DNA of 64,000 bases from the human T2T-CHM13v2.0 reference genome, Homo sapiens, in NCBI RefSeq assembly GCF_009914755.1, contig NC_060933.1; one strand, given 5' to 3'. Positions 27,273 through 40,346 of the stretch are shown in pieces. The position numbers and the translations under genes were made by a program. The stretch's first letter is position 1. Each line of letters begins with the position of its first letter. The notes below the pieces were generated by a model. That model searched no databases. It saw only the letters and a list, made by a program, of their open reading frames with translations, and had not been told where the DNA came from.

Positions 27273-28567
27273 CGCGCGTGGTCATGCACGTACGTGTTCT
27301 GCACAGCCAGGAGATGTCCAGCAGGAAGTGACCACTGAGAGCTTCTCCCAGCCACTCCCGAGCTGGGCCTGCCCAGGGTCGGGCCTGGACAGAACCACAT
27401 GCACACAAAGGTTCTGGAGAGACGCCTGCACACTGCCCTCCTGCTCCAGCTCTTTCCGAGAGTGGAAGGGAGCTTTTCAACACAAAGCCTCCTGCAGGCC
27501 TACAGCTCCTCCCAAACCTGCCACCACCATGAAGAGAAAAGGCTCAGAGTTCTCTGCTCACTGCTTTGACCCAAATCCCGGCCTGGAAAGAGGCCTTGTG
27601 CCTCTCCCCTGAGGTTGAGCCGAGGGTCTCGTGGGGACAGTTTCACGTGCTGAATCTGCAGTGGCAGAGGGAGCCACTTTGTGAGGCATCTGGTCACCCA
27701 GCCACATCGTCTCTGTGCAAAGGACGTCTGGACGTCCTCAGGAAAGAAACCCTGTTAGATACCAGTGGTGCCTTCATTTGGAAGTAGGCACCTGATTTCT
27801 TCACCTGGTATAGGTATGACACTGAGAGCCCTCCTGTGCCAGGGCCTTCAGAACATTGCTGTTTGACCAAGTTAGGGCACTGATTTGGGGGCCAGCTAAT
27901 GGAGTAACAGGAAAATACATGCAAATAGCAAAGGCAAGGTGGGATTTCTTATTTTGCCATATTTTGCCTGTGGCTGGAGCCAAGCAGCATCCGCATGACC
28001 TGTGTGTGGGCCTGCTGGAGCGTTCCCTTGGTGTCTGACACCTGCCTTGTCGCAGACAACAGCCACATCGCTGGCCCGTGCTTTGTGTCATGAAAATTGG
28101 AAATGTGACTTTGAGGTGTAGCCGTGTCTTTCAGCCCAGGGGTCAAAGTCTTTACGTTAGAGACCACAGGGCTTGGCAAAGGCTTGCTGACAATGTTTCT
28201 AAGTGATAGCAAATGCAGGTTCATGTTGGTGGCCCTGAGGACTTGTGTCAAATTTGAACACTTCGGAAGGGTTCATGGGGGTGGCGACATTCTTTCCTTT
28301 CTTCTCCACACTGTCTCCTTCTTCTAGGACTTCACGTTATCCTTGTTCATCTACGTTCCCATTCTTTGGAATTGTTCCGGGTGTCGGTGAGAAGCGGCAT
28401 CAGAGGGAAGTTGCTTTCACAGCCTGGGGATTGGATTTTCACCACCGTGGCTTAGAACAGGCAGGAAGGATGCTGAAAAGAGGGTCTTTGGAAATGGACA
28501 GCAGTGGACAAGGAGTGGCCTTGAGGAGACTTCCTGGCTTCCTACAGCAACACCATGTGAGCAGGAG

Positions 28568-29589
28568 CATGCATGCACAGACACACATGCACACACATGC
28601 ATTCCCACACAAACGTACACATGCATACACACATGCATTCACACACATGCACACACGTACACATTCATATGGACGTTCACACATCCACACACACCTGCAT
28701 ATGCATGCATACATGTATTCACACACATGCATTCATACACACATGCATTCACACGCACATTCACACACATGCAGATACATGCACACATGCATTCATACAC
28801 ATGCAGACACATGCACACATGTATTCATACACACATGCAAACACATGCACACATGCATTCATACACACATGCAGACACATGCACACATGCAAACACATGC
28901 ACACATGCATTCATACATGCAGACACATGCACACATGCATTCATACACACATGCAGACACATGCACACATGCGTTCATACACATGCAGACACACGCACAC
29001 ATGCATTCATACACACATGCAGACACATGCACACATGCATTCATACACACATGCAGACACATGCACACATGCATTCATACACACATGCATTCATACACAT
29101 GCAGACACATGCACACATGCATTCACACACACATGCATTCACACACACATACACATGCATTCACACACATGCATTCATACACATGCAGACACATGCACAC
29201 ATGCATTCACACATGCACACACCCACAAACATGCATGCACAGACATGCATCCACACATGCATACACAGACATGCATCCACACATGCATACACATGCATTC
29301 ACACATTCCACACGTGCACACACATGCATTCATGCATACATTCACACACATGCACACACCCCATGCATTCATATGCACACCCACACACATGCACACATGC
29401 ATTTACACATGCACACACATGCCTTTACACATATATGCACATGCACACACACATGCATTGATAGTCACATACATGCACACACATGCATTCACACATTCAC
29501 ACACATGCACATACATACACTTACATTCACACATGCACACACATACACTTACATCCACACATACATGCACACACACTTACACACATGCA
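28568..29589. repeat. CA-rich tract with an ordered ~34-bp unit (ATGCAGACACATGCACACATGCATTCATACACAC) in its middle
   Basis: Read directly from the sequence; unit recurs between ~28770 and 29210. Confidence 0.95.
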
Positions 29590-29779
29590 CTGCACAGACA
29601 GCAGCTTGTCCTTGGGAGACACTGACCCCAAATCTTAAATGCAAGGTTTGGTTTGGAATTGATTCCGACACAGGAATCTCAGCTGTAAGTGGCTATGAGG
29701 ATTGTATGTCAATGACAAAACCTGGGCGGCAAACATGTTTTGGATCTTTATTTTTTAAACACGATTTTTGTCTTCTGAG

Positions 29780-30105
29780 AGTGTTTTCCAAAATGGCAGT
29801 TGGGAGCAATTGGGCAGTATCCATTAGCAATTCAGAAATATACACATATATACATTCTTTGACCCAGCAGCACTGCTTTGAGGGACTTACCTAGTAGAAT
29901 ATGTTAGCACGTCTGTCGGGCAGTGTTTGTCATAATGCAAACTGGAACCAATCCAACGTGCATCGGCAGAAGACGGGTTAAATAAACAAGGAGTCCATTG
30001 TGCCTGGGAGATGCAACAGATGTTGCCAAGGATATCTACAGAGACAGGCCATGATTTCAAGAGCAAATTGCAGAATATTTAGGGACAGTATCATTAAAAA
30101 GAAAG
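29780..30105 (+). mobile_element. Old L1 (L1ME-like) fragment
   Basis: gagcaattgggcagtatcca...ctttgacccagca...aaactggaaccaatccaa...ggttaaataaac. Confidence 0.65.
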
Positions 30106-30106
30106 A

Positions 30107-30407
30107 GACTGGGCGCGGTGGCTTATGCCTGTAATCCCAGCATTTTCGGAGCCCGAGGCGGGTGGATCACGAGGTCAGGAGTTCAAGACCAGCCTGGCCA
30201 AGGTGGTGAAACCCCGTCTCTACTAAATATACAAAAGTTAGCCCACGCTGGTGTGGACACCTGTAATCCCAGCTACTCGGGAGGCTGAGGCAGAGAATTG
30301 CTTGAACCGGGGAGGCGGAGGTTGCAGTGAGCTGAGATCATGCCACTGCACTCCAGCCTGGGCAACAGAGTGAGACTCTGTCTCAAAACAAAACAAAAAA
30401 AACAAAA
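30107..30407 (+). mobile_element. Full-length Alu (AluSg-like)
   Basis: gactgggcgcggtggcttatgcctgtaatccc...ggatcacgaggtcaggagttc...(AAAAC)n tail. Confidence 0.96.
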
Positions 30408-31691
30408 CTCCGAAGCCACACAGCCTCATAGTGATGAATGTGTTAGTTAGTGTGTCCAGCATGTGCGTCTTCATCTTTGCCTTTGCACTTACAGAACTTG
30501 AGCACTGGTTACATCCGGAGATGAAAAGGGACCTTTCACTTTCACTGTATAAATGTGTACCTTAAGCCATTTCACAAGAAATGGAGTTACTTCTGCAACA
30601 AAAAGCAACCAGTAAAGACAAGGCAGGCAAGTTTAGGTTCAGGCCCAGATGGCTCCACAGCCTTCTGGATAGTTCCAGAAAAACCACTCAGGTTCTTGGT
30701 CTTTCTGTCTGGGAGTTGGGAATCCATCATGGGTTTCCTGGCAGGGAGCGTCTCACTCAGGTGGTGTGAACACACATGCTCAGTGTAGCTGTTGCTGATT
30801 CGGAAGACTGCAGCCAGCACCCATCCGCTACACTGGAGTGTAACTGGAGTGTAGTTGGTGGAGGCTTTTCTCACTGGGGAGAGGGGGTTAAGCTCCAGTC
30901 TCTATGCAAGACAAGCCTCATCTACTTTAGGCCAGCTGAGAATCTGCTTGCTTTTGTGAAATAGCTTTGTGATCAAATATTATTTTGAAAATAAATCATC
31001 TTACTGGTTTTACATGCGTATAGTGGTCTGAAGCTGGCTGGAATTGGTCTAGAGAATCCAGTCCTAGGTATGTCTGTGTGGCCAGGTTGGCTGGGCGTGA
31101 GGAGGGCACTGTGTCGTTTACATATAAGTGGGTTCTTGAAGTTGCTGTGGCTGAGTGTGTGCTCTGCTGTGTTGCGTGTCCATCCACGCAAGTGGCTGCT
31201 CCATCCCGTCTTCCATCTGAGCAGGCACAGGCGGCTCGCTCGGAGCCCATTAAGGACAAGTGCCCACTGGGCACAGGAGGCACTGGGCCTTGAGCCTGGA
31301 GTCTTTGTTTCCTGTTGGGTATGGAGACCTAAAAGGGGCGTTCCTGGAGCGACAAGAGCCTGACACTGCCTCCTCACCTTCGGGCTCCTTGTCTCTGCCT
31401 TGAGGCCCCAGAGGACGCCTGCTGGGTCTCTGGATTTCTCTATATCCAGCTCAGACCTCCCTCCCTTCTTATCCCTCCCTCCAAAGCCTTTCCGATCCTC
31501 AGCCCACAGCCGTGCCCCTCCCTTCTCCGGGTGGGGGTTTCTGAAACATTCCTGCCACGGGGTCTCACAGCTTCTGTGCGTGTCCAGTGCATTTCCCGGG
31601 TGGGCCGCTTCTCCGACGCCCTCATTCTCGCTGCAGCCCAGCCCTGGCCTGGTTGCACTCTGACTTGTCTCTCTTGGCCCCTTGTCTTCAG

Positions 31692-31766
31692 GGCCCCCCT
31701 GGACGCCCAGGCCTTCCTGGGGCCGATGGCCTGCCCGGTCCTCCAGGAACCATGCTCATGCTGCCC
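31692..31766 (+). CDS. COL5A1: Exon 12 (75 nt)
   Basis: tcttcag|GGC...CCC|gtgagt; [25 protein letters not shown]. Confidence 0.98.
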
Positions 31767-31939
31767 GTGAGTACCCTTATCAGTCGGAGGTGGGGAGGCA
31801 GCTGGGGCAGGTGGGATCCAAACCAGACCCTCTGAGGCTGCGCTGTCACTGGAGAGGCCTGTGGGCCCCGTCTCAGTCTGTGGTCTTGCCTGGGTGCCAC
31901 GTCACTGCTCCCAGAGTGACCCTTGTCTTACACTTGCAG

Positions 31940-32032
31940 TTCCGGTTTGGAGGTGGCGGCGATGCGGGCTCCAAAGGCCCCATGGTCTCAGCCCAGGAGT
32001 CCCAGGCGCAAGCCATTCTCCAGCAGGCCAGG
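31940..32032 (+). CDS. COL5A1: Exon 13 (93 nt): NC2 non-helical linker
   Basis: cttgcag|TTC...AGG|gtgagt; [31 protein letters not shown]. Confidence 0.98.
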
Positions 32033-32196
32033 GTGAGTACTGCTGGGTCCCAAGAGGCCTGAAGGGGACAGAGCCCAGCCCCAGGGGCCAACAGGAGTGA
32101 GTGAGTCAGGCTCAGAGCCCAACTTGGAGGGAAGCAGCTGTCTTGATCCCAGAATGCCTGCTTGCTGGGGTCAGGAGCTGTGGGAGCGTCCAGTCC

Positions 32197-32401
32197 TCAG
32201 TGTCCAGTAGGGACCCCGAGAGCATGTCAGTGTCCAGTAGGGGCTCTGAGAGCATGTCAGTGTCCAGTAGGGGCCCCGAGAGCGTGTCACTGTCCAGTAG
32301 GGACCCCGAGAGCGTGTCACTGTCCAGTAGGGACCCCGAGAGCGTGTCACTGTCCAGTAGGGACCCCGAGAGCGTGTCACTGTCCAGTAGGGACCCCGAG
32401 A
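32197..32401. repeat. 30-bp minisatellite x7, intron 13
   Basis: tgtccagtag anchors every 30 bp from 32201 to 32381. Confidence 0.98.
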
Positions 32402-33737
32402 TCATGGGGACTGTTTGGGGAGTTTCTCAGCAGTTCTTTGTCCATGCTGAGGGTCCGGGTTCTAACTTTACAAGGGGCTTCTGGGCCCCTCCACCTCTGA
32501 CCCAGTAGGCCCACCTTCCACCGTTGGTGACCTTTGCCTCTGTGCTAGGCCCTCTGCTGGGATCCAGAAGTGGAGCCGGAAACCCACGTGGCTCCTGGAA
32601 GGGGCTGCCTGGGCTGGAGCTGGGCTCCTCTGGGAGAGAGCCCTTGGGCCCCAGAGCCCCTCACTCTCAGCCTGGGGGGTCCTAAGGAGCAGGGTCCGCA
32701 GAGGAGCACTTGCCTCCCTATTGTGAAGTAGCTCATTAGTGGCCTGTGTTTTCTGTAGACTTGGCTCCGGATTGCTGATTGCCCACGATAGGTGTAAACA
32801 CTGCCCCGTGGGGCGGGTGGGTGGGTGGGTAATCCTCCAGCGGAGTGCAAGAAAGCTGCTAAGTAATCCCTTGTTTGAGAAATATTTATGCAGCTCCCAC
32901 AGCAGCCAGAGTAGATGTTAATGATCAGAGTGCTTAGGTAATTACAGGACAGTGTAAGCACAGAGTCGTTACCATGGAGCAAATTGCCTGAATGATGGAA
33001 GGTGGTGTGTAGCAAACCCCACTACCTGCCACTGGGTTTATGGGCTTGGGCCTGCCTGGCTGGCCTTTTATCTTGTGTATTTTAATTGAAGCTAAATGGA
33101 TGATAGGCTATAAGATTTTATAATGCAAAACAAAATATTCTAAAATTCAGATGGCATCTGCCAGGGAAACAGAGTCACTTGGCAGCTGCAGAAGCGGCTC
33201 TGTGGGAAAGCGGTGGGCCCTGCACTGGTGCAGGTGGGGGCCACATGCAGAGGGGGCAGGTGGGTTCCTACCCTCCCAAAATACTTCCCCAGTGGCTGGG
33301 AGTGCTTGAAGCGCCTCCCATGTGAAATAAAATATGTCATGACTCAGCTTGAGCTCAGGTGTAAAATGTACTCCCTATGCCCAGAGTAAGAGGCTTATTT
33401 CTGACCTAGCCAAGGGTGATGGGCTGGGAGCAGGCCCTCTCTGTGTGGGCTAGAGAGACAGGAAGGAGGGATGGGGCCTATCCCCCAAGGGAGGAAACGG
33501 GGGCCCACTGGCTTGCACCTCTGCATGTCCCACGTCACTCCCGTGGATGCTGAGAGCCCCATCGAAGTCGGGGGGGGGGGCCCTTGGGGAGTCATCAGAC
33601 CTCCTTTTCCAGAGTCTCCTGTCCCTCCTCTGTCCAGTCTGCCCGTTCCCTCCTGCCACATCTCACGGCTCAGGCGCCAGCAAACCGGAGCACTGCTGCT
33701 GGGGCCCTGTCTCAGCGTGTCTCACTTTCCTTTGCAG

Positions 33738-33794
33738 TTGGCACTGAGGGGACCAGCTGGCCCGATGGGTCTCACAGGGAGACCTGGCCCTGTG
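33738..33794 (+). CDS. COL5A1: Exon 14 (57 nt): joining exon, start of main triple helix
   Basis: tttgcag|TTG...GTG|gtaagt; LALRGPAGPMGLTGRPGPV. Confidence 0.98.
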
Positions 33795-34998
33795 GTAAGT
33801 CATTGGCAAATCTGAGAGCTGGGCGTGGTGTGGGGATTGGCCCACTCCCTGTGTCGTTGGCGGACAGTGGCAGGTGGCCCTGGGGTCCTGTGGACACAGA
33901 GCGGCCCTTGGTCCAGTGCCTGTTCCCAGGAGGGTGGCCAGGGGGACCAGGGGCCTCTCTCGGTGCTGCTCCAGCCCCCTTGTTGGTGGGGGGTGGGGAT
34001 GGGTGACTGTGCCTCGAAGTCACTTGAGGGAGTTCAGCGGGGTAGAGCTGACATCAGCGATCCTGGGAAACAGCCTCCAACTCCATCCTGAATGGAAAGG
34101 AGCTGGCAGGAATCAGAGGAGGAGGCCCCTCCTCACCCCTGCATTGGAGTTCCAGGCTCCCCCTGCAGAGAACACGCTATGAGCTGTCACCAGAGGAGTG
34201 GCTCCTTAGAGGGATGGGGTCCTGCTGCAGCCAGGGGCCTGGGGAAGTCCCTCGCACAGGCTGTGACTGCCTTGTGGAGCAGGGGCCTCCATTGATCTTT
34301 ACAGCCCTGTTCCAGAGTTGAAGATAACTAAGTGTGGGGCAGAACGCAGGATTTCCAGCCTCACCCGCCCCTGCCCTGTGGCCTCAACTTAGCTCTCATC
34401 TGGGGTCCTCGATGCATGAGAAACATACAGTGTGTGCCCAGGGAGACTTGGGCTGCCAGTGTCAGGCACAGGGGCTGGGTTCCGGGGCCTCTGGGGAGGA
34501 GTGTGGGTTTGCAGGCACACAGAGGAGTTCAACACCACAGGGGCCCTCCTGGCTTTGCCACCTGCCACTGGGTCTGGGCTCGGTCGCCTCCACACAGGGC
34601 CTGACTCAGGGCTGGCCTCCCACATCTGGGGGATCTGGCCTTGAGGGGCCTGTAGCAGGTGCATACGCTGCTCGAAGCTTTGGGCTGTAACGGACCACGG
34701 TCAGGTTCACCCCGGAGAGAGAAACATCTCCAGGAGCTTTGTGGTGTTTGCGAGCCCCAACAACTAGAATTGTATTCCTGATTAGGAAGAGATCCAAACA
34801 ACTGCATTTCCCGGCTCCTGGAAAGTCATCGTTCTTCCCCCCGGTTCTGTTCGAGGCAGACAGGTCGCGCTTTGTGTGCTGAGCACCGTGGCCGAAGCCC
34901 TGTCCCCTCCCCCTGCCCCTCCCCTGCCACCCCCAGCCCTTCCTGTGTTCTCGAGTCCCCACCTCGAGCAGACATTAACACACACCATGTCTCCCTAG

Positions 34999-35052
34999 GG
35001 TCCCCCTGGGAGCGGAGGTTTGAAGGGCGAGCCGGGAGACGTGGGGCCTCAG
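34999..35052 (+). CDS. COL5A1: Exon 15 (54 nt)
   Basis: tccctag|GGT...CAG|gtatgt; GPPGSGGLKGEPGDVGPQ. Confidence 0.98.
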
Positions 35053-35421
35053 GTATGTGGGATCCTTGCCTTCGCTGTCTGGTGGGCGCCTCCCGTTCTC
35101 CGGCGGCAGCGACGGCGAGCATGGAGGGACCCCAACTGCTGCATGTTTTCAAGGAAATTCGTGGGAATTGTCCTTGCTTTACGCAGTGCTGAGGGTGGAG
35201 CACAATGAACTCTGACACCTGCGGCAGAAATGAGCTGGCTGTATTCTGTCCCTGGCCTTCATTCTGGGCAGCAGATCCGTGTCCCGTCCCCGAAGTGCCC
35301 ACATGTTTGTGGCTTGGACAGCCAGGCATGGGCAGGGTCGATGAGCACAGGGACAAGGCTTTGCTCTTTCTCCTGAGAAAGGCGGACTCGCCACTGACCC
35401 TTTGTCTCTTACCCCTGGCAG

Positions 35422-35475
35422 GGTCCTCGAGGTGTGCAAGGCCCGCCTGGTCCGGCCGGGAAGCCCGGAAGACGG
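35422..35475 (+). CDS. COL5A1: Exon 16 (54 nt)
   Basis: ctggcag|GGT...CGG|gtgagt; GPRGVQGPPGPAGKPGRR. Confidence 0.98.
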
Positions 35476-37094
35476 GTGAGTGGTGCGAGTGTGTGTGGTT
35501 TAGTGACAGCAGCTTGGGCGCTGGAGGAGCCCAAATCTGGGGTGCGGGCACCCCCAACAGCCAGCTGGGCCACATGAAGCCAGGTGGCTCCCCTTCTTGT
35601 GATGGGTGCGTCCATCCCCAAGGCTGCCTCTGAGCCAGCTGCCTGGGAGGGGCGCTCTGTGTCCTGGGCGCAGACACAGCGGACCAGGCCTCTTCCCTGG
35701 GCACATTCATTTAGTTTAATAAACCTTTCTAATTCAAGAAACTTCCCAGGCCCTTTGGGAGCAAATGTTAAGAAGACAAAACTATCAGCGGGCCTTATAT
35801 ATTTCGGGCAGCACTGGGACTCCAGAAATGGCCTGATTCGGGGGCATGGGCGGGCCTTCCTGCGCCTTACCTGCTGTCTTGCCTCCTGGAATTTTCTGTC
35901 TGGTGCATGGTTCTCCTGGATGGAACTGGTTTGTTTGCACATGACCCTGGCTTCTAAAAGAGGACACACGTTTCCCGAGTGCTGACCACCACCCAGACAG
36001 GCTGGGGCAGGCCCTGGGAGCCCAGATTGTGCTCTCAAAAGTGGACCTTTTCAACCAGCAGACCTTTCTGGTGAACGAGAGAAATTTCGGTGCAGGGTTG
36101 GATTTGTTTCAGTGTGGACCTCTTCCCAGTATGTTGTCTACCTAAGCTACCCTTGACTGCTATAGTCTGAGTCAACAAGGCAAAAATGGGTCCTTCCCTA
36201 GTGGTTCTGGATGCTCCTGACTTGGGGAGCAAGCTGTGGTTAGTGGGTAGAAATGACCCGATAAGCCGCAGTTTGGCAGGTCCGAGGGTCTATGCAGGGA
36301 TCTGGGCATGAAACAGAGGCCTGGGCTGGATAATTCCAGGAGGATTAGCAGCTCTGGAATCGACTCTTGGTAGACAATTGGGCCATTTATTTGGATCTGA
36401 TTCTGAAAAATGTTTTATTTCCTTAAGGTGTTTTTGTGTGTCTCCGTAAATCCTTCCCACCCAGTTTCACTAGAACTGGTTTCCTAGAGTGAGGTTAAAA
36501 ACTGGAACAAGAGGAGACTCGGGAAATGCTGTCTAACATGGCCAGCTGCAGAGTTGCATGGTGTCGGGGCCATGCATATGCGTGTGTTTTAAGGCATTAA
36601 GTATGCCCAGAAGATCTGCTGCAGAAGAAAAGATGGTGGTGAGAGAGGGGCTTGGAGCTGAGGGGTCGATTCCAAAGTGGTCTGAGCAGCCTCTTCCATT
36701 CTTTGCTAGCATTTCCTGCAAGGAACGCTCGCTTGTGAATTGTAGAAGCATCTGGGTGCTTTGCGGGGCTGAGTTGTGCTGTGAAATCCTGTGAAGTTTT
36801 CCGACAATCTTCCCTTGGTTTCTAAAAGTGTTTGGAAATCTAGAAGAGGCTCCCAATGGGCCCCTCCATTTGCCCAACAGGGCGATGTCTTTTTGGGGAG
36901 CAACGGGAGCACCGACTGTCTCCTTGGGGTGTGTTTGGATTTCTCTCTTTTTGCTTCTCGGCTGTTCTCGGGTGCCACCTTGTCTGTCTCCAGTGCTTTG
37001 AGACCCTAAGCTGCCACCCTCCAGATCTTCTCTCTGCTTGGTGGTGGGTTGGGGGCAAGGGCCTCATATGAGGAGGAGCCCCTGGAAAATGGAA

Positions 37095-37183
37095 GTGCAG
37101 GGTGGCAGCCCTCTATACTCGCTGGCTGGGGTGCCTCGTTGTGCAGGGTGGCAGCCCTCTGTTCTCGCTGGCTGGGGTGCCTC
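37095..37183. repeat. 46-bp-period tandem duplication
   Basis: gtgcagggtggcagccctct...ggctggggtgcctc at 37095 and 37141. Confidence 0.93.
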
Positions 37184-37913
37184 ATTGGCGTGGAGGTCTG
37201 GCTGAGTTTCATAGAGACCCTGTTCCCTTGCAGGGCTCTCCTGTGGTGAAGGTGGGGCCTGCACAGTGGGCCCCGGAAGGTCTAGGTCCCCTCTTCAGCC
37301 CCATGGCCAGTCAGTTGGGCACCTTGTCCTTGACTGTGTCCATAGCTGGCCATCAGGAACAGGGCATCTGCTCACCGTGCAGATGCTGCCTCCCGTCGCT
37401 GTGTGGTCTGAGTGAGACTGGGCCTCACTTGGGGCCTGGGCCTCTTCCTTAGCCAAGTGGACAAACCAGATGTGTCCTTTCTCTCTTTCCTCTGACCTCC
37501 AAATGGTGGAAAGGAGCTGTGCTGTCTGTGATGTCAGTGGCCTGCACTCGCCTGAGTCCTAAATTCACGGTCCCCTAGACTGACGCAGCTCCTCCAGCCG
37601 GGTCTCCTCTGCCACATTGTGGCGTCTTCTCGAAGCCCAGGGGCAGTGGCGTGATCCCCCTTTGACAGTCTGGGATGACGTGGTCCGGAAAGACCAGCCC
37701 CGTGTGTTCCATCCGTTGGTGTGAGGCACAGAACAGCCCCGCCCGGGCTCCTGGATCTGGGTCCTCGCAGCAGCCCGGCCACTCGGGCTGTGACCTTGGG
37801 GGTGGGCGCGGCTCTGGTGGAACGCTCAACTTGGTTTAACGGAAAACCATGGCCCGGGGGTCTCAGTGAACCGGGGCTCTTTTGCATTGACGGTTTTGCC
37901 TCCTTTGTTCCAG

Positions 37914-37967
37914 GGTCGGGCTGGGAGTGATGGAGCCAGAGGAATGCCTGGACAAACTGGCCCCAAG
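37914..37967 (+). CDS. COL5A1: Exon 17 (54 nt)
   Basis: gttccag|GGT...AAG|gtaggt; GRAGSDGARGMPGQTGPK. Confidence 0.98.
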
Positions 37968-38622
37968 GTAGGTCACCCACCACCCTCCTGGTGCCCTGGC
38001 ATCACTGTCATCCCTGGGGTCATGTTGATGATGTAACCAAAATGCTGGTTATGTGATGACTACGATTATGATGACAGGTGGCTCCGTCACTGGCATTTGA
38101 CGTGAAGATAGGGTTGGTGGGTGAATTTCGCCAGCAAGCGTGACAGTTGCAGTTCATTTTCATAAGGGAGAAATTTGCTCCCTTCCAGCAGTGGCGAGCA
38201 GGGATGGGGGTGGGATCCCGACTATGAAAACCATCCGTGGCCGTGCAGGTGACGAGGCGCATGTAGGGCAGAGGCGGGGCATATGGCAAGTGCGGGGGCC
38301 AGGGGGTCTTGTCCAGTCGGGACTCCTGGGTGTTGTGGAGGTGAGTAGATGTTGCCCGTGGCTAAAGGCAGGGCTGTGTGTGTGGCATGAATGAGGCTGC
38401 ACCAGGCATGCACCAGCTGTTGCTGTCGCCACTCATGCCTGCCCGCTGCTGTGCTCAGTGTATCCACCCCTCTGCCCCAGCACTGCTGTGAGCATTGCCC
38501 CGGTCTTGGCTCACCCCTCCTCCTCGCCTCTTGGAAGCATTTGTCCCAGGCCACGGGGGGCAGGGGAGATACTGACCTTCCGTGAAGAGTGCACCTGGGG
38601 ACAGCAGCTGTGATTTGGAGAT

Positions 38623-40145
38623 TGGAGACCGGGCACCAAAAAAATGCCAGGGCTCAACTACACCTGTTCCCTCTTAACGGGCGTGGATGAGCTCTGAAGT
38701 GCATCCCGTCAGTCCCAAGCTAGTGAGGTGGCCTGGGGTGACAGGAGGAAACGCAGTCTTGTTGACTCTGTCTCAGAAGACCATGGTCTTCTTTCAACAA
38801 CATGGCTGAAAGCCTAAAATGTCCCATCATCGACATCACCCCAGATGGTGTGCACACCCATGAGACAGGGCCCTGTTCCCGGGCTCCAGGGCATGCAGAA
38901 GAGGGGCCGGCCAGAGAGCCAGGATGCCTGAGGGTAGCCAGTGCTGGCCCGTCCACCAATGGGTACGCGTACCTCCTGAGCGCGGGCAGCCCCTCGGCAC
39001 CATGGATACAGCTGTGAGCGGACACACCGGGACCCTGCTCTCCTGGAGCCTCCCTGGGGTGGGGGAGATCAGCAGCAGACACTCACACACACGGGAAACT
39101 GCAGCGGTCGCTGAAATACCGCATGACTAAGGACCCGTCGGGGCCTGGGACTTGGGGATGAAAGTCATCTCCCCCTTTGCAGCCCATGTTCATGTTTGCA
39201 GGGGAAGAGGCTGAGATTGTAGATGCAAAGTGGGGGCCTATGGGGAGAGGGCTGGCCGATGGGGTTCAGGGTGCATAGATGCTGTGTGAAACGTGGTCCA
39301 AGGCGGGGCGGCCATCACTTGGTGGACACCAAGGCGGGGTGTCCACGTGTGCAGGGTGGCGTCTGAGGCAGCCTTTCTGTCCTTTTTGCAGGGTGACCGG
39401 GGTTTCGACGGCCTGGCTGGGTTGCCAGGCGAGAAGGGCCACAGGGTGAGTATTTCCTCTGTGAGACACAGGCATGACGATGGGCAGCAGAGGTGTCTCT
39501 CGGGAGGCCCTTCTCCTTCCAGGCAGCCTCAGATTTCCTGTGGGGTCAGGTCTCCGCCATTCCAACAGTCAGTATACAAACCTCACGGGAGTCAGCAATG
39601 GCAGTGAGCCCCAAGATGATGTCTTTGTTGATGGGTGGCCAGCCCAAAGGAATTGGAGCTCTTATCTACAGTTTGTGACAAGTGAGCCAGATGGGCCTAC
39701 CCACCTGAGGCGCGTGAAGGGGGCAGGGAAGGAGCCCTTCCTTTTAGAGATCTGTTTAATGGAGTCCTTTAACATTTCAGGAAATCCAAGCAGCTGCCAT
39801 TTCAGGGGCGGCCAAGGACACTTTGCAATATTAAAGTGGTGGTCCCAAGGGGGTGGGGACAATCTCAAGTGGCCATGTGGAGACCAGGTCACGAAAACAT
39901 GCCAGGTGTCCCCCTGTTCCCTGTTAATGGGCGTGGATGAATTTGAAAGTGTGTCCCGTGAGTCCCGAGCTAGTGCGGTGACCTGGGGGTCTTCCTGGCT
40001 GCGCCGTTTCTATGTGGTTGTTGGAGAACACAGATGCGGCAGCTTTGGATAAACGGCAACAGCCAAGCCCCTCGAATCTTGAATCTGTCTCAATAGACTG
40101 TGGTCTTCTTTCAATAACAACGTGATAGAAAGCCTACAATCTCCT
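38623..40145 (+). repeat. Dispersed direct repeat pair (38623-38825 and 39878-40145) flanking exon 18
   Basis: Core 38663-38738 vs 39913-39988 is ~63/76 identical; second shared block tctgtctca...ggtcttctttcaa...gaaagccta. Confidence 0.88.
39392..39445 (+). CDS. COL5A1: Exon 18 (54 nt)
   Basis: tttgcag|GGT...AGG|gtgagt; GDRGFDGLAGLPGEKGHR. Confidence 0.98.
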
Positions 40146-40346
40146 GCCCTGTTGAGGAGGTGTGGTGGGGAAGGCTCGTCCTGGCCGCCTGCCCTGCTTT
40201 CTCAGCCCATTTGGGGGCCTGACATGAGGGCTCTTCACAGCTTGTGGGGTGTTCCTTCTCTGACCTGCTTTCTGTGAAGCAGATTTCTCTGATGGCTCCT
40301 TTATATTTTAGCACACTGAGGACATACAGGCACATGAGTATGTGAG

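Noticed and set aside
32197-32401. 30-bp repeat array resembling CRISPR in unit length
   Set aside because: Head-to-tail units with no unique spacers, no cas genes, mammalian intron: an ordinary minisatellite.
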